Notes: generated by a model not told the origin, from the sequence alone. A DNA stretch of 59,674 bases from a virus (IMGVR_UViG_3300025769_000116:1-59674); one strand, 5' to 3'. Numbered from the stretch's first letter, positions 35,861 to 45,872 are shown. Program-made: numbers and translations.

Positions 35861-37240
35861 TTAATCCTTATCATAAGGTTTGTGATCTGGTTGTTCGTGG
35901 ATGTTAAAGTGGTGTAGACGATATCCATCTTTTGTTAAATGAGATTTGATATGTTTAAGTTTAGTACCGGCCGGAATTACAGTTTCTTTTTCTCCACCGC
36001 CGGTGCCTGGGTGTTTACCATCCACATAAACACCTTTATGTTTTTTCTTAGCATGGATTACGACTATGTCCCCACCTTCCCCAGCAAAGTCTGCTGCAAC
36101 CGAATGATCGTGAGAAGTTGATAAGTGAGCTGGACTGTGAATGATTCCATTTTTAGATTTTTTAGCTGCATGTTCAAAGTCGTGTCCCGTCCCATGATAA
36201 AGAGCGATGTTTTTACCAAGCGGCTTAGAATGTTTTAAAATTGTATGATGAACGTGTGCTTCTGTTCTGCGATCCTCTTCTTCATGCTCATCGCCATTTC
36301 TTTTATGCGATTTTGCAGCATTCCTATCATAACGATGATCAGCTTTACGACCCATTTTATGATCACGAATCAAATTTTGATTCATATTTACAGAATTTTC
36401 TTTAAAATGGTGTATTGATTTAGATTCATGAGAATCTTTATGAGCATCTTCAGAATGCTTTGTTAAATATTTGTGATTCTCATTTACACTATCTTTGTTA
36501 TGCTCTGCAGCATGGTCAGACAAAGTCTTTTCATGATCTGGCTTACCCTTACCAAAAAACTTTTTAAGAAGACTTTCGTTTATTTTCTTTTTTTTTCTTG
36601 GACGCTTATTGCTAGTGTCGTGATCAATACTTATAGTGCCATCTTTATTTTTATAAAAACCCTTTGGCGCTTCTTGATCATCGATATCCTTTTTAAAACC
36701 TTTCATTTTAAGAGAAGCTTCTTTAAAAGTCAACATTTGAGCATCTTTTTTATTTTTATCTTTATATTTTTTAGCAACCTTTTTAGTGATCCCGGGTTCA
36801 CCGTCTGGTCCAACTCCTAAGCCAGCAATTGCACCAGATCCTACCGCCATAGATTCTTCTTCAAAAGATTCATCAAGAAGAATGGTCTGATAATATTCTA
36901 AAAAGCTTTCCATACATTCTTCTATTTTATCATCTAAAACGTCTTCTGTCAATACATTTTCATCTAATTCTTTAAATTCTCTAATAAGAAAAAGTGCAGC
37001 AGCATACGTAGCAAGCTTAGTTTGCCCACCGGGAACTTTTGCTAAAAGTTTTTTAATATTGAGAATCATTAAGTCAAAAAGACCAAACGCTTTTCTTTCA
37101 TCACCACGTGTAAGATCCTTTCTTTTTCTAAGAACCTTACCTTGGTCGTCGATAATACCTAACTCGTAAGCGTCCCAATCCTTGAAAGGTTTGACTAGCT
37201 TACGAATGAATTGGTATACTAGAAATAAATCAACGACCAC
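35861..37240 (-). CDS. Conserved T4-like N-terminal domain fused to an Alt/VIP2-like ADP-ribosyltransferase
   Basis: C-terminal LYHG...HLSTS...EKETVIPAGTK. Confidence 0.72.
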   Translation of the reverse strand: MVVDLFLVYQFIRKLVKPFKDWDAYELGIIDDQGKVLRKRKDLTRGDERKAFGLFDLMILNIKKLLAKVPGGQTKLATYAAALFLIREFKELDENVLTEDVLDDKIEECMESFLEYYQTILLDESFEEESMAVGSGAIAGLGVGPDGEPGITKKVAKKYKDKNKKDAQMLTFKEASLKMKGFKKDIDDQEAPKGFYKNKDGTISIDHDTSNKRPRKKKKINESLLKKFFGKGKPDHEKTLSDHAAEHNKDSVNENHKYLTKHSEDAHKDSHESKSIHHFKENSVNMNQNLIRDHKMGRKADHRYDRNAAKSHKRNGDEHEEEDRRTEAHVHHTILKHSKPLGKNIALYHGTGHDFEHAAKKSKNGIIHSPAHLSTSHDHSVAADFAGEGGDIVVIHAKKKHKGVYVDGKHPGTGGGEKETVIPAGTKLKHIKSHLTKDGYRLHHFNIHEQPDHKPYDKD

Positions 37241-37241
37241 T

Positions 37242-37619
37242 TTATATTTCCTTTAATGTATTTGTAATCCTACTATCTGGTACTATACTATCTTTTGAAA
37301 TTTGATAAGTATCATACATTATAATATTTGGCATATAATTTAAGTATTCTACAAACGGTTTTAAATATTCATGATATTCTTTTAATTTCATGAATAACAT
37401 ATTTGTAGCACTCTCGCCAAATACGTTATATATCACAATTAAGTGATTCAAAATCAACCTTTCTTTTAAATCTCCATCTTGTCGATATCGACCAAAAAGC
37501 TTACGCAAATATTGAAATCTTTTCATATCTTCCTCGAACTCTGACATTTCAGAGCAATGAGGATTATCATAGTGTTTCATTGCATAAAGTAGAAAGGTTG
37601 ATTCTGTCAACTGCATCAT
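37242..37619 (-). CDS. Conserved T4-like hypothetical
   Basis: YAMKHYDNP, LKERLILNH. Confidence 0.75.
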   Translation of the reverse strand: MMQLTESTFLLYAMKHYDNPHCSEMSEFEEDMKRFQYLRKLFGRYRQDGDLKERLILNHLIVIYNVFGESATNMLFMKLKEYHEYLKPFVEYLNYMPNIIMYDTYQISKDSIVPDSRITNTLKEI

Positions 37620-37648
37620 ATAATACCACGATTCAAGAAGATTTTAAA

Positions 37649-38218
37649 TTAGCTATCAGCTACTGTAGCATCTTCAACCGCAGTATCACCAGTAAGACCA
37701 GCATCTCCAGCGCCACCGTCTGTAGTAGGTGTAGCAGCACCTGCAGTACGCTTCATAGCTACTAAGACTTCAACCCTTTTACGACCAGCGCCATACTCTT
37801 CGTACTTAACCCATCCAGGCGTAACCAAACCCTTGGCTCGGTTTGCAGGAACTGCTGCTTCGTCAATGTCGATAAAAAAGACATCATCTGGTGTAATTTG
37901 AATTGTGTCTTCACCACCACCTAAACCAGTAAGCGGAATTTCAGTTCCGGCGGCCGCGTCTGCTGCGTCTGCTGCAAGCTGAAATTTATTTTGATCAACT
38001 CGAATAACATGGTACAAAAGTCCATTAGTTAAACCAGTGATTGCACCGGCGCCAGCAGTGTAAGTAACTCGATCGCCAGTAGCAAGGCCGTGGTCTGGAA
38101 CGACAATCTCGTCGTCTGCCAACACTACGACTGCTGCATCAGTTGCATCAAATGAAACTGACGGCGTCTCAAACTTGGGCGCATCTGCAAGAGTATCTGT
38201 ATCTCCCCACTGTGCCAT
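37649..38218 (-). CDS. Putative virion structural protein
   Basis: MAQWG start; HGLATGDRVTY beta repeat; GLVTPGW; EVLVAM. Confidence 0.65.
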   Translation of the reverse strand: MAQWGDTDTLADAPKFETPSVSFDATDAAVVVLADDEIVVPDHGLATGDRVTYTAGAGAITGLTNGLLYHVIRVDQNKFQLAADAADAAAGTEIPLTGLGGGEDTIQITPDDVFFIDIDEAAVPANRAKGLVTPGWVKYEEYGAGRKRVEVLVAMKRTAGAATPTTDGGAGDAGLTGDTAVEDATVADS

Positions 38219-38253
38219 TTTACTTCTCCTTGAGTATTAAAACTTAATTTTAT

Positions 38254-38463
38254 TTATTTTTTTGTATTTGGCTTTCTTGGTGCTCTAGGCTTTTTAGCTT
38301 TCGATTCAGCCGATACCTTAGTACCTTTTGCCTTAGCCGTATCTTTTTTAGGTGCGGCTTTTCTTTTAGGCGCTGGCTTTTTAGCCGGCTCTTTATTTTC
38401 AATAACATTTTCTACAACAGGCGCTGGCTCGCCACCAAACAGTTTTTTCAACCACCCAAACAT
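38254..38463 (-). CDS. Lys/Ala/Pro-rich small protein
   Basis: MFGWLKKLFG then KPAKK repeats. Confidence 0.6.
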   Translation of the reverse strand: MFGWLKKLFGGEPAPVVENVIENKEPAKKPAPKRKAAPKKDTAKAKGTKVSAESKAKKPRAPRKPNTKK

Positions 38464-38489
38464 AATAATCTCCTCATGATTATTTTAAA

Positions 38490-38921
38490 TTAATAGCTTT
38501 TAGAAGCTTTCAAAGATTTTTTACTACCACAACTACTTTCATCTTTTTGTTCAGCTTCCCTTGCTTTCCTTGCTTTATCTTTCATAGCCATCGTTCGGTT
38601 GATCTGCTTGAATATTGCGCTTGTCTTTGCTCTTACTCGAGCAGCCCTGAGCTCATCTTCAGTAGGCTTAGGAGGTATACCTCTTGCTCTATCAATTGCC
38701 GTTTTCGCTTTACTGGCAATATCTGACATTATGCCTTCTTTCATATTTGCCTTTTGTTTAGCAATTGCTGCACGCCTTTTTTTAAGATACTGATCAGAAG
38801 AATCAGAATCGCCATCATTATCAATGTCATCATCTTCTTTACCGACTGGATCCATTTTTTCTTCTAAAGCTTTTAAAAATACGTCATCAATAATTTCGAT
38901 GAGATCTGATGTCTTTTCCAT
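38490..38921 (-). CDS. Putative internal head protein
   Basis: DPVGKEDDDIDNDGDSDSSDQYLKKRR. Confidence 0.6.
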   Translation of the reverse strand: MEKTSDLIEIIDDVFLKALEEKMDPVGKEDDDIDNDGDSDSSDQYLKKRRAAIAKQKANMKEGIMSDIASKAKTAIDRARGIPPKPTEDELRAARVRAKTSAIFKQINRTMAMKDKARKAREAEQKDESSCGSKKSLKASKSY

Positions 38922-38959
38922 TAAAAACTCCTCTTAATGTATAATTTATAGATTGTTTC

Positions 38960-39220
38960 TTATTTATTCGTTCGTGTTATTCTAACTAATAGATCGTTTT
39001 TGCCTTTGATTAAACGATGATATTCATAAGCTTTAATATTAAATTCAGACCCACGCTTTAAAACGAAAGGAAGGCAATCTTCAAATTGAAAACACCAACC
39101 ATCTCCATCTAAAACTTTTATTTTTCTATCTTCTTCGTCTCTATGCCAAACAAAACTTTCAGAGGGAGCCCAGGCTAAAAATAATCTGCAATCAGCAGAA
39201 TCGTAATATGGGGTTACCAA
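38960..39220 (-). CDS. Cupin-like conserved phage protein
   Basis: WHRD...GW.FQ...YHRLIKG. Confidence 0.6.
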   Translation of the reverse strand: MVTPYYDSADCRLFLAWAPSESFVWHRDEEDRKIKVLDGDGWCFQFEDCLPFVLKRGSEFNIKAYEYHRLIKGKNDLLVRITRTNK

Positions 39221-39594
39221 AAATAGTTTCCTCCACCTGAAAGACCGAGTTGCTTAGCATATTTAGGAAGGCGGCAAGCCCAATATCCAGGTGACATTTT
39301 ATCTGTTTTAGTATCGCAATTGTGTCTTGCTGCAAAATTACGAGCTGCATCTCTATCATTAATCTTAGAAGTCAACCCACCTTTTTCATCACCAAATTGA
39401 ATCTTTTTTACATTACCTGTAGTAGGATTTTTAACATACACAACATACTTTTTGTTACCACTTGATCTTTTAGGTGAGTTTAATTCTGGATCACCTTCTT
39501 CTTCAAGCTCGATAAGTGGCATTTCTAAAGGAACAGTAACTCCTTCGTATAAACCAAACTCTTGCGGATCTACAAAGCCTTTAAACGATTTCAC
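39214..39594 (-). CDS. Conserved phage protein (DUF6321-like) with MKSFKGF start
   Basis: KKYVVYV, FAARHNC, GYWAC. Confidence 0.7.
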   Translation of the reverse strand: MKSFKGFVDPQEFGLYEGVTVPLEMPLIELEEEGDPELNSPKRSSGNKKYVVYVKNPTTGNVKKIQFGDEKGGLTSKINDRDAARNFAARHNCDTKTDKMSPGYWACRLPKYAKQLGLSGGGNYFW

Positions 39595-40010
39595 TTTTCG
39601 CGCCTTTTAAGTGATTTAAGAGCGCGTTGAAGACCGCGGTTTCTTTTATCTTGGCGGCTTGCTGCATCAGGATCACCGTCGTATCTAGATGAGTCCCTAG
39701 AAGCATTGGCAGCATCAGCTGCTGATTTGTAGAAGTACTGTTTCATTTTATCAGTTGAAAGTTCCGCAACAACTTCTTCCTTCTGACTTGTTTGGCTTTT
39801 CATATAATCGCGAGCTGAATCGATGTAATCTGTAGCTTTTGTAATTTTACCTTGAACCCATTCAGGAAGATTATCATCATCGCCAAACATATCGTGCAAT
39901 TCTTTAGCTGCGTCAAGCATAGTCTTGAGTTGACCTTTAGCCATACCACCTTCTTGATCGTATTCGCCTTTATCTTTAACTTGATTTAAACTTTCTTTAA
40001 AAGTTTTCAT
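39591..40010 (-). CDS. Putative internal head protein
   Basis: MKTFKE; EGGMAKGQL; LPEWVQGKIT. Confidence 0.65.
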   Translation of the reverse strand: MKTFKESLNQVKDKGEYDQEGGMAKGQLKTMLDAAKELHDMFGDDDNLPEWVQGKITKATDYIDSARDYMKSQTSQKEEVVAELSTDKMKQYFYKSAADAANASRDSSRYDGDPDAASRQDKRNRGLQRALKSLKRREK

Positions 40011-40037
40011 TTTTTTAGCTACCTTTTTTATTAATAC

Positions 40038-40361
40038 TTAAGATCCGAATTCGTGTCCTGCTACACGCTTCATTTGTTTTGTGAACTCTTTGAAGCCAGG
40101 CCTATCTTTATATAACTTAATAGAAATCTCGGGTCTTTCTTTGCCTTTAATGCGCCAGTTGTAGCCCTTCTCTTTATGATCAGGGCTAGTGGTTTTTACA
40201 ACCCGGCGTTTAAACCCAGCTTCCCAAGTCTCAGACTTTTTTTCTTCAATCTCGTTTTCTTCAGGTACACAATTAGGGACTATCTTTTTCCCTTTCTTTT
40301 TCATACCAACTTGTTTATAGCCATCCCAACAAGCTTCTATAAATTCTTTAAATGGTTTCAT
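40038..40361 (-). CDS. Putative internal head protein
   Basis: MKPFKEFIEA; CWDGYKQVG...VPNCV. Confidence 0.65.
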   Translation of the reverse strand: MKPFKEFIEACWDGYKQVGMKKKGKKIVPNCVPEENEIEEKKSETWEAGFKRRVVKTTSPDHKEKGYNWRIKGKERPEISIKLYKDRPGFKEFTKQMKRVAGHEFGS

Positions 40362-41575
40362 GAGATTTCTACAATATTAATAATTGCTTCTGAAGTATAA
40401 AACGTAAACAATTGTTCACTATTTAATTGTATATATACGTTGTTATTTATTGGTGTTGCGTTTTCAAATGTAAAAATACCTGACATTGAAACAACTATTG
40501 GATCTGTATTATCAACTGCACCACTACCTGGATAAACACACGTTCCTTTTGCTACATTACCGCTACTGCCCACAATTGAAAATGATTGTATTGCTGCAGA
40601 AGTTGTAGTGTTAACAATTTCAACATCTGCAGAAATGTAATATCTTTTTCCTTGCTCAAACCCACTAAACACGCCGTTTGTTTGAGTAATACTAGTTAAG
40701 TCAGAATTATAATCTGCTGACGATGGGCTTAGATTTCCAAGTGCTCCAACACCGCTATTTGGAAATTCGACTTGATTCCAAATGCCATAGCCGACGCCTA
40801 AAGTATCTGAATTTGCAATTGGGGCTGGGCCGGGTGAGGCACCTTCGTTATAAAAATAAAAGCGTACATGGGGATTTCGATATTCCCAACTAAATTGTCC
40901 AACACCATCAGTAACAACAACTTGACCTTTTGATCCATCAGTTGTTGGCCAAGCTGTATCCTTAAGGGTGATAACATCTCCAGCAACAGATAAAATTGTA
41001 TTTGCTGAAGTGTTCTGAACATTTAAACTAATTGTTCCGACTGGGTCTTGTCGAATAATTACACCTGAGCTTGAACCACTATTTTTAAGTATAAAGTCTC
41101 TAGTATCTAAGTCACCGCCCAATTTTGGGGCCGTATCATCTTCGACTGCTTCCAATACTGTACCAGATCCAGCAATATTAGATAAGAGTGCAATAGTACC
41201 TGGACCAGAAGGAATAGTCAAGCCGTTTAGTGTACCAAAGTTGGTTTCGCTTGCAGTGATAGTAGAATCTATTTCTACATTACTTGTAAAATATATTGGA
41301 TCTAAATCATTAAGAGATTCGAGAGTATTAATTTTAATGCCACCGGCAAAGGTAGCTTCAAGAGATGCTGTTTGATCAACTTGTAAAACTTGATTTAGAG
41401 TAGGAGTCGATCCACCAATACCTTGCTCAAGACCGGCACCATATGGTGTATCACCATCTGAAATCCGCAATTCGCCGTATTCGGGGTCATAAAAAATATC
41501 ACCTTTTCTTCCGATATATTCGTAAGGGTTTGTAGCCCCCATTTTATCTACAGATATTTTAAAAGTACTAGGCAT
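40358..41575 (-). CDS. Putative tail-fibre/virion structural protein
   Basis: 405 aa, G/S/T-rich; LRISDG.T, PKLGGDLD, DG.GQFSW motifs. Confidence 0.65.
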   Translation of the reverse strand: MPSTFKISVDKMGATNPYEYIGRKGDIFYDPEYGELRISDGDTPYGAGLEQGIGGSTPTLNQVLQVDQTASLEATFAGGIKINTLESLNDLDPIYFTSNVEIDSTITASETNFGTLNGLTIPSGPGTIALLSNIAGSGTVLEAVEDDTAPKLGGDLDTRDFILKNSGSSSGVIIRQDPVGTISLNVQNTSANTILSVAGDVITLKDTAWPTTDGSKGQVVVTDGVGQFSWEYRNPHVRFYFYNEGASPGPAPIANSDTLGVGYGIWNQVEFPNSGVGALGNLSPSSADYNSDLTSITQTNGVFSGFEQGKRYYISADVEIVNTTTSAAIQSFSIVGSSGNVAKGTCVYPGSGAVDNTDPIVVSMSGIFTFENATPINNNVYIQLNSEQLFTFYTSEAIINIVEIS

Positions 41576-41583
41576 TTTTAGTC

Positions 41584-41712
41584 CTAGGTTCCGTCTATGT
41601 TAATCCAAGCGCCTGAGTCTGGATCGTAAAAAATGTCTCCATCTCTACCGATATAAGTTGCAGGGTCTGTTGCACCTATTTTGTCAGCATAGAGTTTAAA
41701 TGTTGAAGCCAT
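41584..41712 (-). CDS. 42-aa mini-paralog of the N-terminus of the 40358-41575 protein (not in ORF track)
   Basis: MASTFKLYADKIGATDPATYIGRDGDIFYDP versus MPSTFKISVDKMGATNPYEYIGRKGDIFYDP. Confidence 0.65.
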   Translation of the reverse strand: MASTFKLYADKIGATDPATYIGRDGDIFYDPDSGAWINIDGT

Positions 41713-44445
41713 TTATTTTTCTCCTGGCGTATCTTTTTTATACTTCCTAACTAATTTATTTGTACCCCATTCGCCAGCGCCACCTTCTTCATTAGTTACA
41801 ACAACCTTAGAGTCTACTCCTTTTTTCTGAAGAGTTTTTAATATTGCTTGCGCGTGTCTTTCGTTGTCGGCTTTTTTCCAAGGCTTACCATTAATATGAA
41901 CAGTATGTGTTTGCTTTGATCGTGGACGGTATGATGTACGTGATGTACGGCGGCGACCAAACCTAAGTTCATCTGGCTCATTACGTAATTCATATTCAAT
42001 TTCACGCCTTTTAAAATCACTAATTTCGTTAGTTGTTGACTCAATGCTTACTTCTTCTTTGCGAACTTTAGCAGCTAAATCTTTGTCTGCCTTACCCCAT
42101 GTACCGGATGATTTAGTTGCAAAACTATTGACGCGAGCTAAGCCCCATTGTGCCGGAGTCGTGCCTGGTCTATGACCAGTTTTCCATGCAGCAACACCAC
42201 GATCAAAAACTTGTTTAAGAATAGAATAAGAAATACCAGTCTTTTCTGCTTTATTTTGCAACGCAGCTTTAGGATTACTTTCGAAGATAAAATCTACTTG
42301 TTCTATTAGATCATTTAATTCTTCGTGCACCTGCGATGCTGGAACATTTTTCCACTTTTTAAATTGAGAGAAACGACCATCGAATTTTACTTGATTTTCT
42401 TTTGTTAGCGCCTGATGAGGTCTCTTTAACTGAGTTTCTTCTTGTTTACGCTTAGATTCGACTTTCTTATCTAATGGTGTTTTTGCTTCGCCAAACATCT
42501 TCGCAAAAGTTTTTGTATGTTTAGATGTTTTAGTTTTTGCAGTAGCATCACCGGGTGCCGGCTTATAAGCGGCTGGATTGTTATCTGACATTTTAGCTTG
42601 CTTGTCGAATTGCGCTTGCCTTTTTGATTGTGTAGATTTAGACAATCCTTTATGATAAGATTTATTAAGGTTTTCTTCACTAACGTGTTTACCTCTACCA
42701 TGTTTAACAAGGTACTTGCCGGAAGGATCTTTGTGAACAACGCCATTATGTTTTTTGGCATGGCTGTATGCGGTGTCTTTATCGAACGTTCCAGCGTTAC
42801 GATAGTCGCGACCCTTTTCGCCTTTGGCGCCAAGGTATCCTTCTTGCGTAATAATCTCTCTAACGCTTTCTTTTTTCTCTTTGTTTCCATCCAATTTGTC
42901 TTTAGCTTTTTTAGCAGTATATGCTGCGGCAGCAGCAGGGATTGCGGCTGCGGCCGCAGCCTGACCAACGGCACCAGCAGCACCAACTGCTACTCTTTTC
43001 GCCACTTTCTTTGCGACAGCTTTGGTTGCTTTCTTGGCAAGATATCTTCCGGCTGTTTTAGCTACACCGCGTGCAGCCAAACCAACTAGAGGTGCCGCGA
43101 GCGGGATGGCTTCATTAACTTTTTCTTCGCGAACCATTCGCCTTTGCATTCTTTCTTTCTCAGCCTGCTTAACTTGAGGAAGTAATCTTTTAGCAAGACG
43201 ATCTATTAAACCTTTTTTAGTTTTTGCTTTGTCGTCTATTTTCATTTTTTGATCAATAGACAATGTATTATAATCTCTTTTTCCAGCAACGATATGCTTA
43301 ACTTTGAGAAGAGCTTTTTTGTGAGCTCTCATTTTTAATCGGCCAATGTCAGCCTTTTTTCTCATCATAATTTTTCTTCTCATAGCAATTCTTTTTGCTA
43401 ATCTTTTCATGAGTAGACCACGCTTTCTTCGAGCAGCTCTACTTAATGCTTCATCGAGATTTTCTTCGGTCATTTTATTTTGATCTCGAGTTGCAAGAAT
43501 TCTTGCTCGATCGAGCATACGATCATGTTTAGCTTTATCTGAAGCTTTTTCTCTTTCAATAGCTGATTTAGCACGATTCACGTGATCAGTTGCTTCTCTA
43601 ATACCCATTCCTTTACGTGTTAGAGTATATAATGCTTTACTAGATTTTTGATTAATAGCAAGCTTATTTGGTAAGCCCATTAAAAAGTTTGATATTTTAC
43701 CGTCTTTAGCAAGCTCTCTCATTTTAGAAGCAGACATACCATCGACACCTTCTGAGTCTGGATCTCTCTCCCCGGCAGTTACTGTTTGGATTGATTTAAA
43801 ATTATATTCTTTACCATTATACTTGTTGGCAAGTGTATCAAATTCTTTAACGCGATCAGAACCCACGACAATGGTGACATCTGTATATGCTGAGTCAAGT
43901 TCTTTGAGTACTTCGATGATATTTCTAGCAGAAGATTTTTTAACAACATCACCGAATGCTTTCTGAGCCCAAATTAATTTGTCTTTGTAAGATAAAGGAT
44001 TTTTTTTAGCATCTTGACTGTGAGAAAGATAAATTGCTGCTTCTCCACCTACCCTTTTAGCAGTCTTATTTAATGCCCTTACTAATTTTTCGTGGCCGGT
44101 GGTAGGTGGATTCATGCGACCGAAAGTGATAACAATTTTTTTATCGCCGTTAACTGCTTCGCTTTTAACTTTTTGAACCTTTTCTTTACTAGCGCCAGCG
44201 CCCGATTCTTTATTTTTTTCAGCATCACTATCACTAGTGTTTGGTTCGAGTTCTATGTATTTCTCTGGATCGATTTCTGTAAAAGCAACTTTCTTTTTTC
44301 CGCCGTCAATCGTTTTGCTATCAGAATCAAAAGATTTGAACTTTTTGAGTTTTTTTCTATCTTTTTTCTTGTCGTTTGAATTGTTTGAAGCATCATCAAC
44401 ATCTACTTCAGCGTCGGTTTCAACGTCTTTATCTAATTTAGGCAT
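41713..44445 (-). CDS. Large multi-domain protein with HxGH-type nucleotidyl(cytidylyl)transferase domain
   Basis: TFGRMNPPTTGH, VVGSDR, MSASKMR; C-terminal RGVAAW..GHRPG domain. Confidence 0.85.
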   Translation of the reverse strand: MPKLDKDVETDAEVDVDDASNNSNDKKKDRKKLKKFKSFDSDSKTIDGGKKKVAFTEIDPEKYIELEPNTSDSDAEKNKESGAGASKEKVQKVKSEAVNGDKKIVITFGRMNPPTTGHEKLVRALNKTAKRVGGEAAIYLSHSQDAKKNPLSYKDKLIWAQKAFGDVVKKSSARNIIEVLKELDSAYTDVTIVVGSDRVKEFDTLANKYNGKEYNFKSIQTVTAGERDPDSEGVDGMSASKMRELAKDGKISNFLMGLPNKLAINQKSSKALYTLTRKGMGIREATDHVNRAKSAIEREKASDKAKHDRMLDRARILATRDQNKMTEENLDEALSRAARRKRGLLMKRLAKRIAMRRKIMMRKKADIGRLKMRAHKKALLKVKHIVAGKRDYNTLSIDQKMKIDDKAKTKKGLIDRLAKRLLPQVKQAEKERMQRRMVREEKVNEAIPLAAPLVGLAARGVAKTAGRYLAKKATKAVAKKVAKRVAVGAAGAVGQAAAAAAIPAAAAAYTAKKAKDKLDGNKEKKESVREIITQEGYLGAKGEKGRDYRNAGTFDKDTAYSHAKKHNGVVHKDPSGKYLVKHGRGKHVSEENLNKSYHKGLSKSTQSKRQAQFDKQAKMSDNNPAAYKPAPGDATAKTKTSKHTKTFAKMFGEAKTPLDKKVESKRKQEETQLKRPHQALTKENQVKFDGRFSQFKKWKNVPASQVHEELNDLIEQVDFIFESNPKAALQNKAEKTGISYSILKQVFDRGVAAWKTGHRPGTTPAQWGLARVNSFATKSSGTWGKADKDLAAKVRKEEVSIESTTNEISDFKRREIEYELRNEPDELRFGRRRTSRTSYRPRSKQTHTVHINGKPWKKADNERHAQAILKTLQKKGVDSKVVVTNEEGGAGEWGTNKLVRKYKKDTPGEK

Positions 44446-44476
44446 TTGAAAACTCTATCTTATTGAGCAATAAAAT

Positions 44477-45199
44477 CTATTTATAATTCTCTTTGAATGA
44501 ACGGATAAAATCATAATTCAAAGTAGAAGATCCTTCATTCCAAATAGTAGAATCTCTAACATAGCCCAAAGCTACATTTGGATTAGCTAACACGAGAGGC
44601 AATTGGCATTTTCTTTGATGTCTAAGGAAATAAGCATTATCAATACAACCAAGCAATCCCACATCTTCAATTTCATCAACTAAAAACTGCGCTGTCTTTT
44701 TTGTAATTGCATAGGCATGGGCACCTTCGTGGCCATTTATACTTAACCACTCTTTAGCATTGCCGGCTTTGACATGATTATATTTTTCTGGATCTGGAAT
44801 TTTATAGCCCAAAACTGCTATTTTATAGTCAGGTACTTCTAATTCTAAAGGATGCAGCATAATTGCATCGTGTTCTAAAATAACAACAGCTTCATCTGGA
44901 CCTTGGGCTATTCTTTTCCACATCGCTCCATGACCGGCAGAAGCACATTCTGCTTTATGACCGGGCAACGGATTTAATAAAAAGGTTGGTTGATGCGGTT
45001 CTAAAATGGGCCAACGCATTTTTACACCTGTTAAGCTCCACGCGTCTCTTCCGGTCATATGAGAATAGCCGTCGAAATAGCTCCAAGCTAATCCTACCTT
45101 GTCGCAAGACTCGGCTGCACCTTGGGCGTACTCTATAGATTTAGGTTCATTAATTCTTAGAATAAAAGCCTTCGACACTTTGTGCGTATTGTTGCTCAT
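44477..45199 (-). CDS. GT25-like glycosyltransferase
   Basis: GHGAMW, ILEHDA, GAHAYAI. Confidence 0.7.
   Translation of the reverse strand: MSNNTHKVSKAFILRINEPKSIEYAQGAAESCDKVGLAWSYFDGYSHMTGRDAWSLTGVKMRWPILEPHQPTFLLNPLPGHKAECASAGHGAMWKRIAQGPDEAVVILEHDAIMLHPLELEVPDYKIAVLGYKIPDPEKYNHVKAGNAKEWLSINGHEGAHAYAITKKTAQFLVDEIEDVGLLGCIDNAYFLRHQRKCQLPLVLANPNVALGYVRDSTIWNEGSSTLNYDFIRSFKENYK
44478..44485 (-). promoter_or_regulatory. T4-type late promoter TATAAATA
   Basis: Exact match upstream of 44445. Confidence 0.65.
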
Positions 45200-45872
45200 A
45201 TTTGGCTACCTTAATTTTTGAATATAGGTCAAAATCTTCTCTGAAGTGATTGGCCATTTTTTGTACAGTTGGTCTATCGAACTCAAATTCTGCATTTCTT
45301 TCTGTTCTAAACTCAGATTTAAAGTTCGGTAATTTTTCTACTATATCTATATTTAAACTACGAACGAACTCGGCCAATTCATCATTTAAATTTTCATACA
45401 ACCAAAACTTGCCTTTATAACTGTCTTGAAATCTGAGCATGTCGTATTGGAGAATTCTTGAATTAGGTTCATTTGTAAAACAACCAAATTGATCTACATA
45501 AGAGTTATAATGTTCAAGAGTGCCGGGACCAGTATGACCTCTCCATTTTTTAAAGAAATAATAAAAACTTTTTTGTCGATCAATAGGATCTCTCAAAACG
45601 GCAAATATATTCCAATGCCTAATGTGGTCAAGATTAATTAAACCATCTTTATACAATTCTTCGAGTGTTACATGATATATCTTAAAGTTTTTTTGATATT
45701 TGAACATTATTGCTTGAGGAAGATTGCCTTGAAATTTAGTATCTTCGATTGGGCCAATAATCGCGTTTGGATCATGCGGCATGACGTTTTTACGAAAAAA
45801 TTCCATCATGCTACTACTGGCAGTTTTAGGTGTCCTCAAAAAAATAAATTTGTATCTTGGTGATATAAACAC
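45150..45872 (-). CDS. Sulfotransferase (Sulfotransfer_2-like)
   Basis: PKTASSS (5'-PSB), LRDPIDRQKS (3'-PB). Confidence 0.82.
   Translation of the reverse strand: MFISPRYKFIFLRTPKTASSSMMEFFRKNVMPHDPNAIIGPIEDTKFQGNLPQAIMFKYQKNFKIYHVTLEELYKDGLINLDHIRHWNIFAVLRDPIDRQKSFYYFFKKWRGHTGPGTLEHYNSYVDQFGCFTNEPNSRILQYDMLRFQDSYKGKFWLYENLNDELAEFVRSLNIDIVEKLPNFKSEFRTERNAEFEFDRPTVQKMANHFREDFDLYSKIKVAKYEQQYAQSVEGFYSKN

Noticed and set aside
41576-41586. Stop-codon readthrough or recoding fusing the mini-gene to the fibre gene
   Set aside because: Two in-frame stops (TAG and TAA); genes elsewhere end normally in TAG or TGA, so there is no sign of an alternative code
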